Source: Candidatus Staskawiczbacteria bacterium (GTDB lineage Bacteria > Patescibacteriota > Minisyncoccia > Minisyncoccales > Staskawiczbacteraceae). Taken from it: a DNA stretch of 64,000 nt. Below the pieces are notes generated by a model. That model made no database searches and was not told where the DNA came from. It saw only the letters and a list, made by a program, of their open reading frames with translations. Every line of letters starts with the position of its first letter. The first letter of the stretch is position 1. This document shows positions 44,807 to 53,823 of this stretch, piece after piece. The stretch covers positions 75,034-139,033 of the forward strand of contig JAHFKV010000001.1 in NCBI GenBank assembly GCA_023245155.1, given 5' to 3'. Made by a program: the position numbers and the translations under genes.

Positions 44807-46942
44807 ATGATAAATTTGGATACACCGATAGAAGACGTGCCGCGCATTGGCATAAACTACCAAAAAAAGTTAAAAAAACTGGGCATTCAAACCGTCCAGG
44901 ATTTGCTTTTCTATTTCCCCCAGCGGTATGATGATTTTTCGGATGTGATTGAAATTTCCCAGGTTCAGGCGGGCAACACGATTTGCGTACAAGGAGAAAT
45001 TATTGAAACCAACCTGTCTCGCACGTTTAAGCGCGGTATGAATATCATAGAAATTACCGTGCAAGATGGCAGTGGAGAAATTAAAGCCCTTTGGTTTAAT
45101 CAACCGTTTTTGGAAAAAACATTCCGGCAGGGAGATTTTGTATGTTTGGCGGGAAAAGCCAGTCTTGGTAAAAAAGGTATATATTTAAGCAACCCGGTGC
45201 ATGAAAAAATCGGCCAATTTGAGGAGAATGAAGACCTAACACATACCGCCCGCATTATTCCCGTGTATGGCGAAACCAAGGGTGTTTCCAGCCGCTGGCT
45301 GCGTTATATTATCAAGCCTTTGCTGACCCAATTTATTGAAGTGGTGCCGGAAATTTTACCTAAAAATATCTTGGAGAAATATAAATTCATGGGCATTCAG
45401 AATGCTTTGTGGCAGGTGCATTTCCCGGATTCATTTGAAGCGGCGGACGCGGCCAAAGCCCGGTTTTCTTTTGAAGAACTGTTCATCTTGCAACTTTCTG
45501 TTTTACGAGAGAAAGCCAAGCTACTGCAAAAAAAAGCTCCCAACTGCCCCATGGATGCGGATTTGATGAAAAAATTCACTGCCAGTCTGCCCTTTGAGCT
45601 GACGGCCTCGCAGAAACAATGCACCTTTGCCATATTAAAAGATTTAGAAAAAGAAGCGCCCATGAGCCGCCTTTTAGAGGGTGATGTGGGAAGTGGTAAA
45701 ACCGTTGTGGCAGCCATGTGCGCCTTAAATGTGGTTAAATGTGGCTATCAGGTCGCCTTTATGGCACCCACAGAAATCTTAGCCACCCAGCACTACAAAA
45801 GCATTTCAAACATGCTGAAAACTTTTGGCGTTTCCGTTGAACTCTTAACTGGCAAAACTCTAGGACGTAAAAAACTATTGGAAAAACTGTTTGCCGGCAA
45901 AATAGACATTCTCATCGGCACACACGCCCTCATTTCCAAAGGGGTTGAATTTAAAAACTTGGCTTTAGTGGTACTGGATGAACAGCACCGGTTTGGAGTG
46001 GCCCAGCGCGCCCATTTGGTAAAAAACAAACAACTCATCCCCCATTTACTTTCCATGACCGCCACGCCCATCCCCCGCACACTGGCTTTGACGGTGTACG
46101 GCGATTTGGATTTGTCGCTCATCAAAGAAATGCCCAAAAACCGAAAGAAAATCCAGACATTAATTGTTGAGCCCAAACAACGCAAAGAAGCTTATCAATT
46201 TATTACCAGTGAAATTAAAAAGGGCAGAGGAGTGTTTGTGATTTGCCCGAAAATTGATTCCACCAAAACCAAGCTGGAAGAAATGCAAAAAAGGGGGCCG
46301 GTGTCGGGTTCATTCATACCCCAAAATTACAATGTGGCAATGCTGGGCGTGACAGAAATAAAATCGGTTAAAGAAGAATACGAACAGTTATCCAAAGAAA
46401 TTTTCCCCGATTTTAATGTCACTATGCTGCACGGCAAAATGAAACCCAAAGAAAAAGAGCGCATCATGCTGGATTTTAAAAACGGTCAAATTGATGTGCT
46501 GGTTTCCACATCCGTGGTTGAAGTGGGAGTTGACGTGCCCCGGGCCACGGTGATGATGATTGAGGGCGCTGAAAGATTTGGCTTGGCACAACTGCATCAA
46601 TTCCGCGGCCGTGTTGGCAGAAGCGACATGCAAAGTTATTGCTTTTTATTTACCACTTCGCCTGACCAATTAAACCGGAAACGCTTAAAAGCCTTGGTAG
46701 ATTCAAGCAATGGTTTTGAGTTGGCCCAAAAAGATTTAGAAATCCGCGGTCCAGGCCAGGTGTACGGCTACGCCCAGTGGGGTTTGCCCGACATGGCCAT
46801 GCAAGGCCTATCAAACATTTTCTTGGTAGAAAAAACTCGTGCCGCTGCTAAGGAAGTTTTGGAAAAAGACATTAACCTCGCTGACCATCCCTTGCTTAAA
46901 GAAAGAGTCAATCGCCTTAGAACCCAAATCCATTTTGAGTAA
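44807..46942 (+). CDS. recG: ATP-dependent DNA helicase RecG
   Basis: Wedge-domain N-terminus and helicase motifs GDVGSGKT and DEQHRFG. Confidence 0.9.
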   Translation: MINLDTPIEDVPRIGINYQKKLKKLGIQTVQDLLFYFPQRYDDFSDVIEISQVQAGNTICVQGEIIETNLSRTFKRGMNIIEITVQDGSGEIKALWFNQPFLEKTFRQGDFVCLAGKASLGKKGIYLSNPVHEKIGQFEENEDLTHTARIIPVYGETKGVSSRWLRYIIKPLLTQFIEVVPEILPKNILEKYKFMGIQNALWQVHFPDSFEAADAAKARFSFEELFILQLSVLREKAKLLQKKAPNCPMDADLMKKFTASLPFELTASQKQCTFAILKDLEKEAPMSRLLEGDVGSGKTVVAAMCALNVVKCGYQVAFMAPTEILATQHYKSISNMLKTFGVSVELLTGKTLGRKKLLEKLFAGKIDILIGTHALISKGVEFKNLALVVLDEQHRFGVAQRAHLVKNKQLIPHLLSMTATPIPRTLALTVYGDLDLSLIKEMPKNRKKIQTLIVEPKQRKEAYQFITSEIKKGRGVFVICPKIDSTKTKLEEMQKRGPVSGSFIPQNYNVAMLGVTEIKSVKEEYEQLSKEIFPDFNVTMLHGKMKPKEKERIMLDFKNGQIDVLVSTSVVEVGVDVPRATVMMIEGAERFGLAQLHQFRGRVGRSDMQSYCFLFTTSPDQLNRKRLKALVDSSNGFELAQKDLEIRGPGQVYGYAQWGLPDMAMQGLSNIFLVEKTRAAAKEVLEKDINLADHPLLKERVNRLRTQIHFE

Positions 46943-46975
46943 ATTACTTTCGTACTTTTTCTGTTACCCAAAAAC
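46933..46975. repeat. Left copy of a ~43-bp direct duplication spanning the recG stop and a copy of the last 10 glycosyltransferase codons
   Basis: TTTTGAGTAAATTACTTTCGTACTTTTTCTGTTACCCAAAAAC recurs at 47072..47121 with a 7-nt insertion. Confidence 0.9.
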
Positions 46976-46976
46976 T

Positions 46977-47069
46977 TCGCTCACCCTTCAGGCTTGCTCC
47001 TTCAAAACCCTCGGTTTTGAATAATTTCCTAAACGGGGAAATACCTAATTTCCCCGACCCCCTTTGTGC
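46977..47069 (-). repeat. 93-nt structured intergenic repeat, copy B (inverted relative to copy A)
   Basis: The reverse complement matches 4305..4397 at 91/93 positions. Confidence 0.9.
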
Positions 47070-47071
47070 GT

Positions 47072-47121
47072 TTTTGAGTAACGGAAAAATTACTTTCGTA
47101 CTTTTTCTGTTACCCAAAAAC
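47072..47121. repeat. Right copy of the direct duplication; it contains the real 3' end of the glycosyltransferase gene
   Basis: See 46933..46975. Confidence 0.9.
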
Positions 47122-48622
47122 CCATATATTTCCCTAACATTAAGCGTATCTGCGCGTCCAGTGCCGGGAAAGCACCGAATACGATTAAAATAAACGGTAA
47201 AAAAACCCACTGCACGAACACAGCGATTTTACGAAACTGGCTCATGCCTTTTTGTAGGGGTGGTAGTAACATAGCGCTCAACACAGCCGAAATAATCATT
47301 CCCATTAAGGAAACTGTCATAATCCGGCCAGTCAAAATGGGCAGGTTAAATGACAGCACGGAGACATTAAATTTACTGCCTCCCAAGAAAATCGGTAACC
47401 AGCCCAGCAATAGCAACAATAAAGCAGCCGTAGCCCAGGACCAGTAGCCGTCTAAAATCGTGTAGAGATGGTGGATTTTCTGCCAAAGGGGAATTTCTTT
47501 ATTCTGCAAAAAACCGAACATCATGTAGGGTATTTCTGCACAACCCCAGGCCCAGCGCCTTTGTTGTTTATACTGGTTGAAGATGGTTTTAATCAGATTG
47601 GTGGAAACTACCGCGTCCATAGAAACTAAGTAGTATATGGGCACCACTCGGTAGTCACCATTGTAATACAAATACGCTCGCCAGAAAATCCGGCTGTCAT
47701 CAGGAACCACATTATGGGGATACCCAACTTCAAAAAAGACTTTGGCAGGAATAGCATGGGAAGAATACGTTGTCAGCTTTTCAGAGCGTTCTTGCTGAAT
47801 CATCTGCCAAAACGTGTTTGAAGTGGAAACCACTCTTGAAAAAAATGGAGCCTCCCACACATTATTATTATAAACGGGCACCGGCTGGTAACTGGCCCGC
47901 AAGGGATTTTTTTCAGCTAAAAAGTACCAAGTTAAACAAGAAAAATATTGCGGGTAGGCTTTTGTATCAATGTCAAAACTGGAAACTAATACATCTTCAT
48001 AAAGAATTTTTGCCGTGTCAATAAATCTTTGTACTTCTTTGCCCGCAAAGGCCACGTTTGACCCCTTGCCACCGATTTCACCCGGCACATTATCGGGATG
48101 GACTACGGTTAAAAATGCAAAAAACTTGCTGGCATACTCAGCCTCTATTTTTTTTGCCATTACTTTAAATACTTCCCCGGCGCGCTGCTCAACCGACAAT
48201 ACCACTATCATTTTTTCTTTTGGGTAATCAGCCTGCAATAGCGAATCAATATTTTCTTTCATGATAGCATACCCTTCTTTATAGGTCGGTAAAATCACCA
48301 CGTGATAGATTTTTTTCCAGTCCGCGCCATGTTCTTTTTTCAATTTCAAAAGCCAATTTTCTTTAAGATGCCGCTTCACTTTAAAATAACCTAATATCTG
48401 GTGCAAGGAAAAATAAAAAATGCGCAACAAATAATAAAAACAAAAACAGATTATGAAAATGGAAATCCAGGCAGGTACCAGCCACGAAAAAACAAAGACC
48501 CCAAACAGAGTCCCTAAACTTAAGGCGCCAGGCAGTATTTCAAACAAGCGGTATATGAATTTATCTTTTGGGTTTGAAATATCGCGGGCGCAAGAAATAT
48601 CTAGATAGTCTTTTTTTTCCAT
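47090..48622 (-). CDS. Processive family-2 glycosyltransferase (cellulose/chitin-synthase-like) with flanking TM helices
   Basis: QQRRW (QxxRW) motif, a central GT2 domain and N- and C-terminal TM bundles. The start is trimmed to MEKKDYLD because the longer ORF runs into tRNA-Glu. Confidence 0.8.
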   Translation of the reverse strand: MEKKDYLDISCARDISNPKDKFIYRLFEILPGALSLGTLFGVFVFSWLVPAWISIFIICFCFYYLLRIFYFSLHQILGYFKVKRHLKENWLLKLKKEHGADWKKIYHVVILPTYKEGYAIMKENIDSLLQADYPKEKMIVVLSVEQRAGEVFKVMAKKIEAEYASKFFAFLTVVHPDNVPGEIGGKGSNVAFAGKEVQRFIDTAKILYEDVLVSSFDIDTKAYPQYFSCLTWYFLAEKNPLRASYQPVPVYNNNVWEAPFFSRVVSTSNTFWQMIQQERSEKLTTYSSHAIPAKVFFEVGYPHNVVPDDSRIFWRAYLYYNGDYRVVPIYYLVSMDAVVSTNLIKTIFNQYKQQRRWAWGCAEIPYMMFGFLQNKEIPLWQKIHHLYTILDGYWSWATAALLLLLLGWLPIFLGGSKFNVSVLSFNLPILTGRIMTVSLMGMIISAVLSAMLLPPLQKGMSQFRKIAVFVQWVFLPFILIVFGAFPALDAQIRLMLGKYMGFWVTEKVRK

Positions 48623-48628
48623 ACGTTG

Positions 48629-48703
48629 CGACCCCACCGGGATTTGAACCCGGGTTACAGGAGTGAAAATCCTGTGTCCTAGACCAGACTAGACGATAGG
48701 GTC
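48629..48703 (-). tRNA. tRNA-Glu(UUC)
   Basis: The minus strand reads GACCCTATCGTCTAG...CAGGA-TTTTCAC-TCCTG...TTCAAATCCCGGTGGGGTCG. It ends 6 nt before the glycosyltransferase ATG. Confidence 0.9.
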
Positions 48704-48726
48704 ATAATGATATATACTATAACACT

Positions 48727-49863
48727 ATGAACATTCTGGCAATAGAAACCTCTTGCGACGACACGGGAGTCGCAATACTCAAAATTCAAAATTCAAAATT
48801 CAAAATTCTGAGTAATATCGTCTCTTCCCAACCCATCCACCAAAATTATGGTGGTGTTTTTCCGATGATGGCCAAACGCGAACACCAAACCAATCTAGTG
48901 CCAACTTTGATAGAAGCATTAAAATTGGCTAAATTGATAAACTCTAAACAAAAAATACTAAATCCTAAGCAAATCCAAAAACTAAAAGAAATCTTTGAGA
49001 GAGAAGAAAAACTGTTTGAATACACTAAAAACTTCTTAGAAAACTATGAAAAGCCGAAAATTGATGCCATTGCTGTCACCTATGGCCCCGGACTTGAGCC
49101 ATGCCTTTGGGTTGGCGTAAATTTTGCCAAAGCATTGTCATATATTTGGGAACTGCCCATTATTCCAGTCAATCATATTGAGGCACACATCCTCGTTAAT
49201 TTTCTAGATTCTAGATTCCAGATTCTAGATTCTAAAAAAGTATTTCCGGCCATGGCTTTGGTAGTCAGCGGCGGCCATACACAGCTTATTTTAATGAAAA
49301 AAATTGGTAAATATGAAATTATTGGCGAAACGCGTGACGACGCCGCTGGAGAATGCTTTGACAAATGCGCCAAAATTTTAGGGCTTGGATACCCAGGAGG
49401 ACCCATTATTTCAAAAATTGCTTCAGAGATGAAAGAAAGCAACATTAAATTACCGCGGCCAATGATGAACAGCAAAGATTATGATTTCAGTTTTTCGGGC
49501 TTAAAGACTGCAGTACTGTACGCAGTAAGAGACAAGAAACAAGATACAATAACCAAACAATACGTTAGCGAAATGTGCGCTGAAATTCAGCAAGCCATTA
49601 TTGATGTATTGCTCAAAAAAACACTTCAGGCGGCCAAAGCCTACAAAGCCAAAACTATTATTCTAGGCGGAGGAGTTTCGGCCAACCAAGAACTCCGTAA
49701 GCAATTCAAAATTCATAATTTAGAATTTAGAATTCTTTTTCCAGAGAAAAAACTCTCCACCGACAACGGCCTCATGATTGCCATGGCAGGATATTTTAAC
49801 AGAACAAAAAAAATCGCGTGGCAGAAGTTATCTGCTCACGCGAATTTGAGGATCGGCAAGTAA
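48727..49863 (+). CDS. tsaD: tRNA N6-adenosine threonylcarbamoyltransferase TsaD
   Basis: ILAIETSCDDTGVAI, HIEAHIL and VVSGGHTQL motifs. Confidence 0.95.
   Translation: MNILAIETSCDDTGVAILKIQNSKFKILSNIVSSQPIHQNYGGVFPMMAKREHQTNLVPTLIEALKLAKLINSKQKILNPKQIQKLKEIFEREEKLFEYTKNFLENYEKPKIDAIAVTYGPGLEPCLWVGVNFAKALSYIWELPIIPVNHIEAHILVNFLDSRFQILDSKKVFPAMALVVSGGHTQLILMKKIGKYEIIGETRDDAAGECFDKCAKILGLGYPGGPIISKIASEMKESNIKLPRPMMNSKDYDFSFSGLKTAVLYAVRDKKQDTITKQYVSEMCAEIQQAIIDVLLKKTLQAAKAYKAKTIILGGGVSANQELRKQFKIHNLEFRILFPEKKLSTDNGLMIAMAGYFNRTKKIAWQKLSAHANLRIGK
48781..48808. repeat. 4 exact tandem copies of AAAATTC inside tsaD
   Basis: Read directly from the sequence. Encodes KIQNSKFKIL. Confidence 0.95.
49202..49236. 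repeat. 5 tandem heptamers TTCTAGA TTCTAGA TTCCAGA TTCTAGA TTCTAAA inside tsaD
   Basis: Read directly from the sequence. Encodes FLDSRFQILDSK. Confidence 0.95.
49703..49737. repeat. 5 degenerate tandem heptamers AATTCAA AATTCAT AATTTAG AATTTAG AATTCTT inside tsaD
   Basis: Read directly from the sequence. Encodes QFKIHNLEFRILF. Confidence 0.8.
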
Positions 49864-49880
49864 TTTGTTAAAATAAGCCC

Positions 49881-52376
49881 ATGGAATTGGAAGGACAATA
49901 CGACGCCAAGAAAATAGAAGACAAAATCTACAAACTGTGGGAGGACAGTGGCTTTTTTAATCCCGATAACCTGGATAAAAAACATAAAAAGCCGTTTACC
50001 ATTTTAATGCCACCGGCAAATGCCAATGGAAATTTGCACGCCGGGCACGCGCTGGTGATTACGATAGAAGACATTATGACTCGCTACAAACGCATGCAGG
50101 GTTTTAAAACCTTGTGGTTGCCAGGGCTTGACCATGCTGGATTTGAAACGCAAGTGGTGTATGAAAAAAAGTTGGAAAAAGAGGGGCGAAGCAGATTCAA
50201 AATGGCGCCGGAAGAATTATACCAAGAAATCTTGCAGTTTACTTTGGAAAACAAAAAAAATATTGAAGGGCAAATTAAAAAATTAGGTGCATCATGCGAT
50301 TGGAGCCGAGAAAAGTTTACATTGGACGCTGACATTGTCAAAACCGTTTACGAAACATTTGATAAATTAAAAAAAGATAATTTAGTGTACCGAGGCCGGA
50401 AGATTATTAATTGGTGTTCAAAGCATCAAACTTCTCTGTCTGATTTAGAAACTTTGGATGTGGAGCAAGCCGACAAATTATATTACTTAAAATATGGGCC
50501 TTTTGTGATTGCCACTGCCAGGCCGGAAACCAAGTTTGGCGATAAATACGTGGTGATGCACCCAAAAGACAAAAGGTATGCTAAATATCAAAATGGCGAA
50601 AAATTAAGCCTGGAATGGATAAATGGGCCCATAGAGGCCACGGTGGTGAAGGATGAGGCGATTGATATGGAATTTGGCACGGGAGCCATGACCATTACCC
50701 CTTGGCACGACGCTGTAGATTTTGGCATAGCCGAAAAACATAAGTTGGATAAGGAACAGGTGATTGATTTTTACGGCAAACTATTGCCCATTGCCGGTGA
50801 ATTTACGGGCATGAAAACTGGCGAAGCGCGCGCAAAGATTGTGGAAAAGTTACAAGCCAAAGGATTAGTAGAAAAAATTGAAGAAAATTATAAGCACGCG
50901 GTAAAAACGTGCTACAAGTGCAACAGTTTAATTGAGCCACAAGTTAAAGAGCAGTGGTTTTTAAAAATGAAACCACTGGCCGCGCCGGCCATTAAAGCCA
51001 TTGAAAGTGGTAAAATCACCTTCATTCCCGCTCATTATAAAAAAATATCGCTGCATTGGTTAAAGAATATTTTAGATTGGCCACTTTCTCGCCAAATCAT
51101 TTGGGGCATTAAGATACCAGCGTGGTTTAAAGATAAACCGAAAGTCAGAGATGAAAAAACTTGGGAGATGAAAATTTACGGGAGAGATATTTTCGATGGA
51201 ATCGTGAATGGTACAAAAAAAATTGAGACGCGGGCGGGACGACCTCGTGGCGAGGGCAAATATTGGGGCGACTTTAAACCAGGAGATACAGTTGTATTCA
51301 GTTTGGCGAACGAAAAAAATGATAACGTCATTTCCTCGGTTTTGCCAGTTCAAAAATCTGTAAAAAAGGTCTCGCATTTTGCCACTATCGAGGAAATGTT
51401 CAAAAAATATGAACCAGGCGATGATTATCCTGGAAAAACTGCAGCCCAAATTAAAAAATGGTGGAAACAACGGCCAGATTTGCACACAAGAATTCAACGC
51501 TATGGAATCTGGGCGCTTGAGCTCACAGAAGTAAAAGAACAAGAAGTTTACATTGGCACAACTCCCCCAAATATTGAGGATTGGCAACAAGATTCAGACG
51601 TTTTTGACACTTGGTTTTCTTCCGGCCAATGGCCCTTCGCTACGCTCAGGGCAGGCCAACCAAAAGACTTTAAGACATTTTACCCAACGGATGTGATGGA
51701 AACAGCCGGAGAAATTATTTTCTTTTGGGTGGCGCGCATGATAATGCTGGGAATTTACACCACCGGAAAAGTTCCGTTTAAAACGGTTTATTTGCATGGC
51801 TTGGTTTTGGATGCCAAAGGCCAAAAAATGTCCAAAAGTAAGGGAAACGTGATCAATCCAATGGAAATTACCGACAAATACGGCACGGATGCGCTAAGAA
51901 TTGGCTTGGTAATGGGTAATACGCCGGGGCAAAGTTTGGCATTGGATGAAAATAAAATTAAAGGCTACAGAAATTTTGCCAACAAAATCTGGAACGCGGC
52001 TAAGTTTGTGCAAATGAATGTGGCTGATTCTGATACCAAGGCAAAAATAAAACTGCCTGCCGCTCATAAAAAGAATCTGAAAGAACTACAAATTCTCAAA
52101 AAAGAAATTACCAAATTAATGGACGATTTTAAGTTTTATATCGCTGCGGAAAAAATCTACCATTACTTTTGGCACACGTTTTGTGATAAGATTATAGAAG
52201 AAAGCAAGGTGCAATTGGCTGACACAAAAACTAAACAGGCCACGCAGTACATGCTTTTGGAAATTTTAACTGAATCACTGAAAATACTCCACCCGTTCAT
52301 GCCATTTATCACTGAAGAAATCTGGCAACAGCTTAATATGCAGTCATTGCTCATGGTTGAGCAGTGGCCAACATAA
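49881..52376 (+). CDS. valS: Valine--tRNA ligase with a 154-aa insertion containing an ASCH-like domain; no C-terminal coiled coil
   Basis: PPANANGNLHAGHA (HIGH-type), KMSKS, an editing domain and WPLSRQIIWGIKIPAWF ... DVFDTWFSS. Confidence 0.95.
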   Translation: MELEGQYDAKKIEDKIYKLWEDSGFFNPDNLDKKHKKPFTILMPPANANGNLHAGHALVITIEDIMTRYKRMQGFKTLWLPGLDHAGFETQVVYEKKLEKEGRSRFKMAPEELYQEILQFTLENKKNIEGQIKKLGASCDWSREKFTLDADIVKTVYETFDKLKKDNLVYRGRKIINWCSKHQTSLSDLETLDVEQADKLYYLKYGPFVIATARPETKFGDKYVVMHPKDKRYAKYQNGEKLSLEWINGPIEATVVKDEAIDMEFGTGAMTITPWHDAVDFGIAEKHKLDKEQVIDFYGKLLPIAGEFTGMKTGEARAKIVEKLQAKGLVEKIEENYKHAVKTCYKCNSLIEPQVKEQWFLKMKPLAAPAIKAIESGKITFIPAHYKKISLHWLKNILDWPLSRQIIWGIKIPAWFKDKPKVRDEKTWEMKIYGRDIFDGIVNGTKKIETRAGRPRGEGKYWGDFKPGDTVVFSLANEKNDNVISSVLPVQKSVKKVSHFATIEEMFKKYEPGDDYPGKTAAQIKKWWKQRPDLHTRIQRYGIWALELTEVKEQEVYIGTTPPNIEDWQQDSDVFDTWFSSGQWPFATLRAGQPKDFKTFYPTDVMETAGEIIFFWVARMIMLGIYTTGKVPFKTVYLHGLVLDAKGQKMSKSKGNVINPMEITDKYGTDALRIGLVMGNTPGQSLALDENKIKGYRNFANKIWNAAKFVQMNVADSDTKAKIKLPAAHKKNLKELQILKKEITKLMDDFKFYIAAEKIYHYFWHTFCDKIIEESKVQLADTKTKQATQYMLLEILTESLKILHPFMPFITEEIWQQLNMQSLLMVEQWPT

Positions 52377-52377
52377 T

Positions 52378-53142
52378 ATGCAATACTACCGGCTTATTTT
52401 GTACATCATCTTCGGCGCACTTCCCAGCTTGATTTGGCTGTTATACTACTTGCGCAAAGATTTACATCCTGAGCCCAAGAAAATGATTCTCAAGGTGTTT
52501 TTTTGGGGAGCCCTGGCCACCATCCCAGCCCTTATTTTCCAAATCTTTTTTTCTGAGGCGCTCAACCAATTCCGATATCTGGCGGTATTTTATTCACCGG
52601 AAATTTCACCTTATTTGCCGGCTATCACCAATGTTGCCAGATGGTTTTTGGTCATAGCCCTAACGGAAGAAGTGGTTAAATATTTAGTGGTGCGGTGGAC
52701 GGTGTTTGGCAGCGGCGAATTAGACGAACCCCTAGACATTATGCTGTACATGGTAGTAGCTGCCCTTGGTTTTGCGGCATTAGAAAACGTGTTGTACCTG
52801 TTCTCTCCAATCGACAACCTTTCACTGACCGCAGTACTTCAAGTAACCATTACCGTTAGTTTTTTACGCTTTATCGGCGCCACCTTTTTACACACACTAT
52901 GTTCTGCACTGTTAGGATATTTTATGGCGTTATCTTCTCTGCGGGGAAAGCATCGCTTCCGGTTAACCCTGTTAGGCCTTTTGCTGGCGGCGGGCTTGCA
53001 TGGATTGTATGATTTTTCTATAATAAACTTGCACTATCCTTTAGATGTCATTGTTCCCGCATTAGTAATTTTCGGGTTGGCAGCATTTATGGTGCATGAC
53101 TTTGACGGAATTAAAAAAATAAAAAGTATTGTTAAGATATAA
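52378..53142 (+). CDS. PrsW-family intramembrane protease
   Basis: Polytopic; the EEVVKYLVV (EExxK) block and later His-containing helices match PF13367. The start is taken at the ATG just after the valS stop. Confidence 0.7.
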   Translation: MQYYRLILYIIFGALPSLIWLLYYLRKDLHPEPKKMILKVFFWGALATIPALIFQIFFSEALNQFRYLAVFYSPEISPYLPAITNVARWFLVIALTEEVVKYLVVRWTVFGSGELDEPLDIMLYMVVAALGFAALENVLYLFSPIDNLSLTAVLQVTITVSFLRFIGATFLHTLCSALLGYFMALSSLRGKHRFRLTLLGLLLAAGLHGLYDFSIINLHYPLDVIVPALVIFGLAAFMVHDFDGIKKIKSIVKI

Positions 53143-53196
53143 TTAACGAAGTAATGTGTCGCAACTATTGCGCATTTCTCGCTTTGTTCTAAATTC

Positions 53197-53601
53197 ATGC
53201 CTAAAAAAATAAAATCAATGGAAGGAGCGGAGGCGCCAGAGCAACCAACAGAAACAAATATGTTTCAACAAGATGGAGAATTAGTGGTGGACGTATTTGA
53301 AAACAATGAGGACTTTGTAGTACTGGCCGCCATTGCCGGCGTACAGATAAAAGACCTGGATATTTCCGTTGAAAAAGACATGATGGTAATCAAGGGTGAT
53401 CGCCAAGACCCTCATGATGCTTCTGAAAAAAAGTTTTTTTACCGAGAGTGCTATTGGGGGCCATTTTCACGGAAAATTGTGTTACCCGAAGGCATTGATA
53501 CTGAATCGGCTAAAGCGGAAATGAGTAAAGGGTTACTAACCATAAAAATTCCTAAAATTGACGCCGCAAAAGCGCCGAAAGCAAGCGTAGAAGAATCATA
53601 A
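53197..53601 (+). CDS. Hsp20/alpha-crystallin small heat-shock protein
   Basis: Alpha-crystallin domain ...DISVEKDMMVIKGDRQ...FSRKIVLPEGIDTESAKAEMSKGLLTIKIPK. Confidence 0.9.
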   Translation: MPKKIKSMEGAEAPEQPTETNMFQQDGELVVDVFENNEDFVVLAAIAGVQIKDLDISVEKDMMVIKGDRQDPHDASEKKFFYRECYWGPFSRKIVLPEGIDTESAKAEMSKGLLTIKIPKIDAAKAPKASVEES

Positions 53602-53607
53602 AAACAA

Positions 53608-53632
53608 AAACCGCCCGAACTGGGCGGTTTTT
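53608..53632 (+). terminator. Rho-independent terminator
   Basis: AAACCGCCC-gaact-GGGCGGTTT followed by TT. Confidence 0.85.
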
Positions 53633-53683
53633 GAATTTGACACGAGTAACGCCTAAATAGGCTCCCGCTTCAATAAGGCTGTG

Positions 53684-53765
53684 TGCCCTCGAGAGGATTC
53701 GAACCTCTAAGCCTTGCGGCACTAGTTCCTAAGACTAGCGCGTATGCCAATTCCGCCACGAGGGC
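53684..53765 (-). tRNA. tRNA-Leu(UAG)
   Basis: The minus strand reads GCCCTCGTGGCGGAATTGG...CTAGT-CTTAGGA-ACTAG..., with a long variable arm and T-loop TTCGAAT. Confidence 0.9.
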
Positions 53766-53823
53766 AAATTAAAACGCATCTTCATGCGCAGTATATAACA
53801 AAATATGGGCCTTTTCAATAATC

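Noticed and set aside
46944-47210. 88-aa minus-strand ORF ending with the same ...FWVTEKVRK as the glycosyltransferase.
   Set aside because: It is a by-product of the ~43-bp junction duplication plus read-through of the 93-nt repeat. It is not an independent gene.
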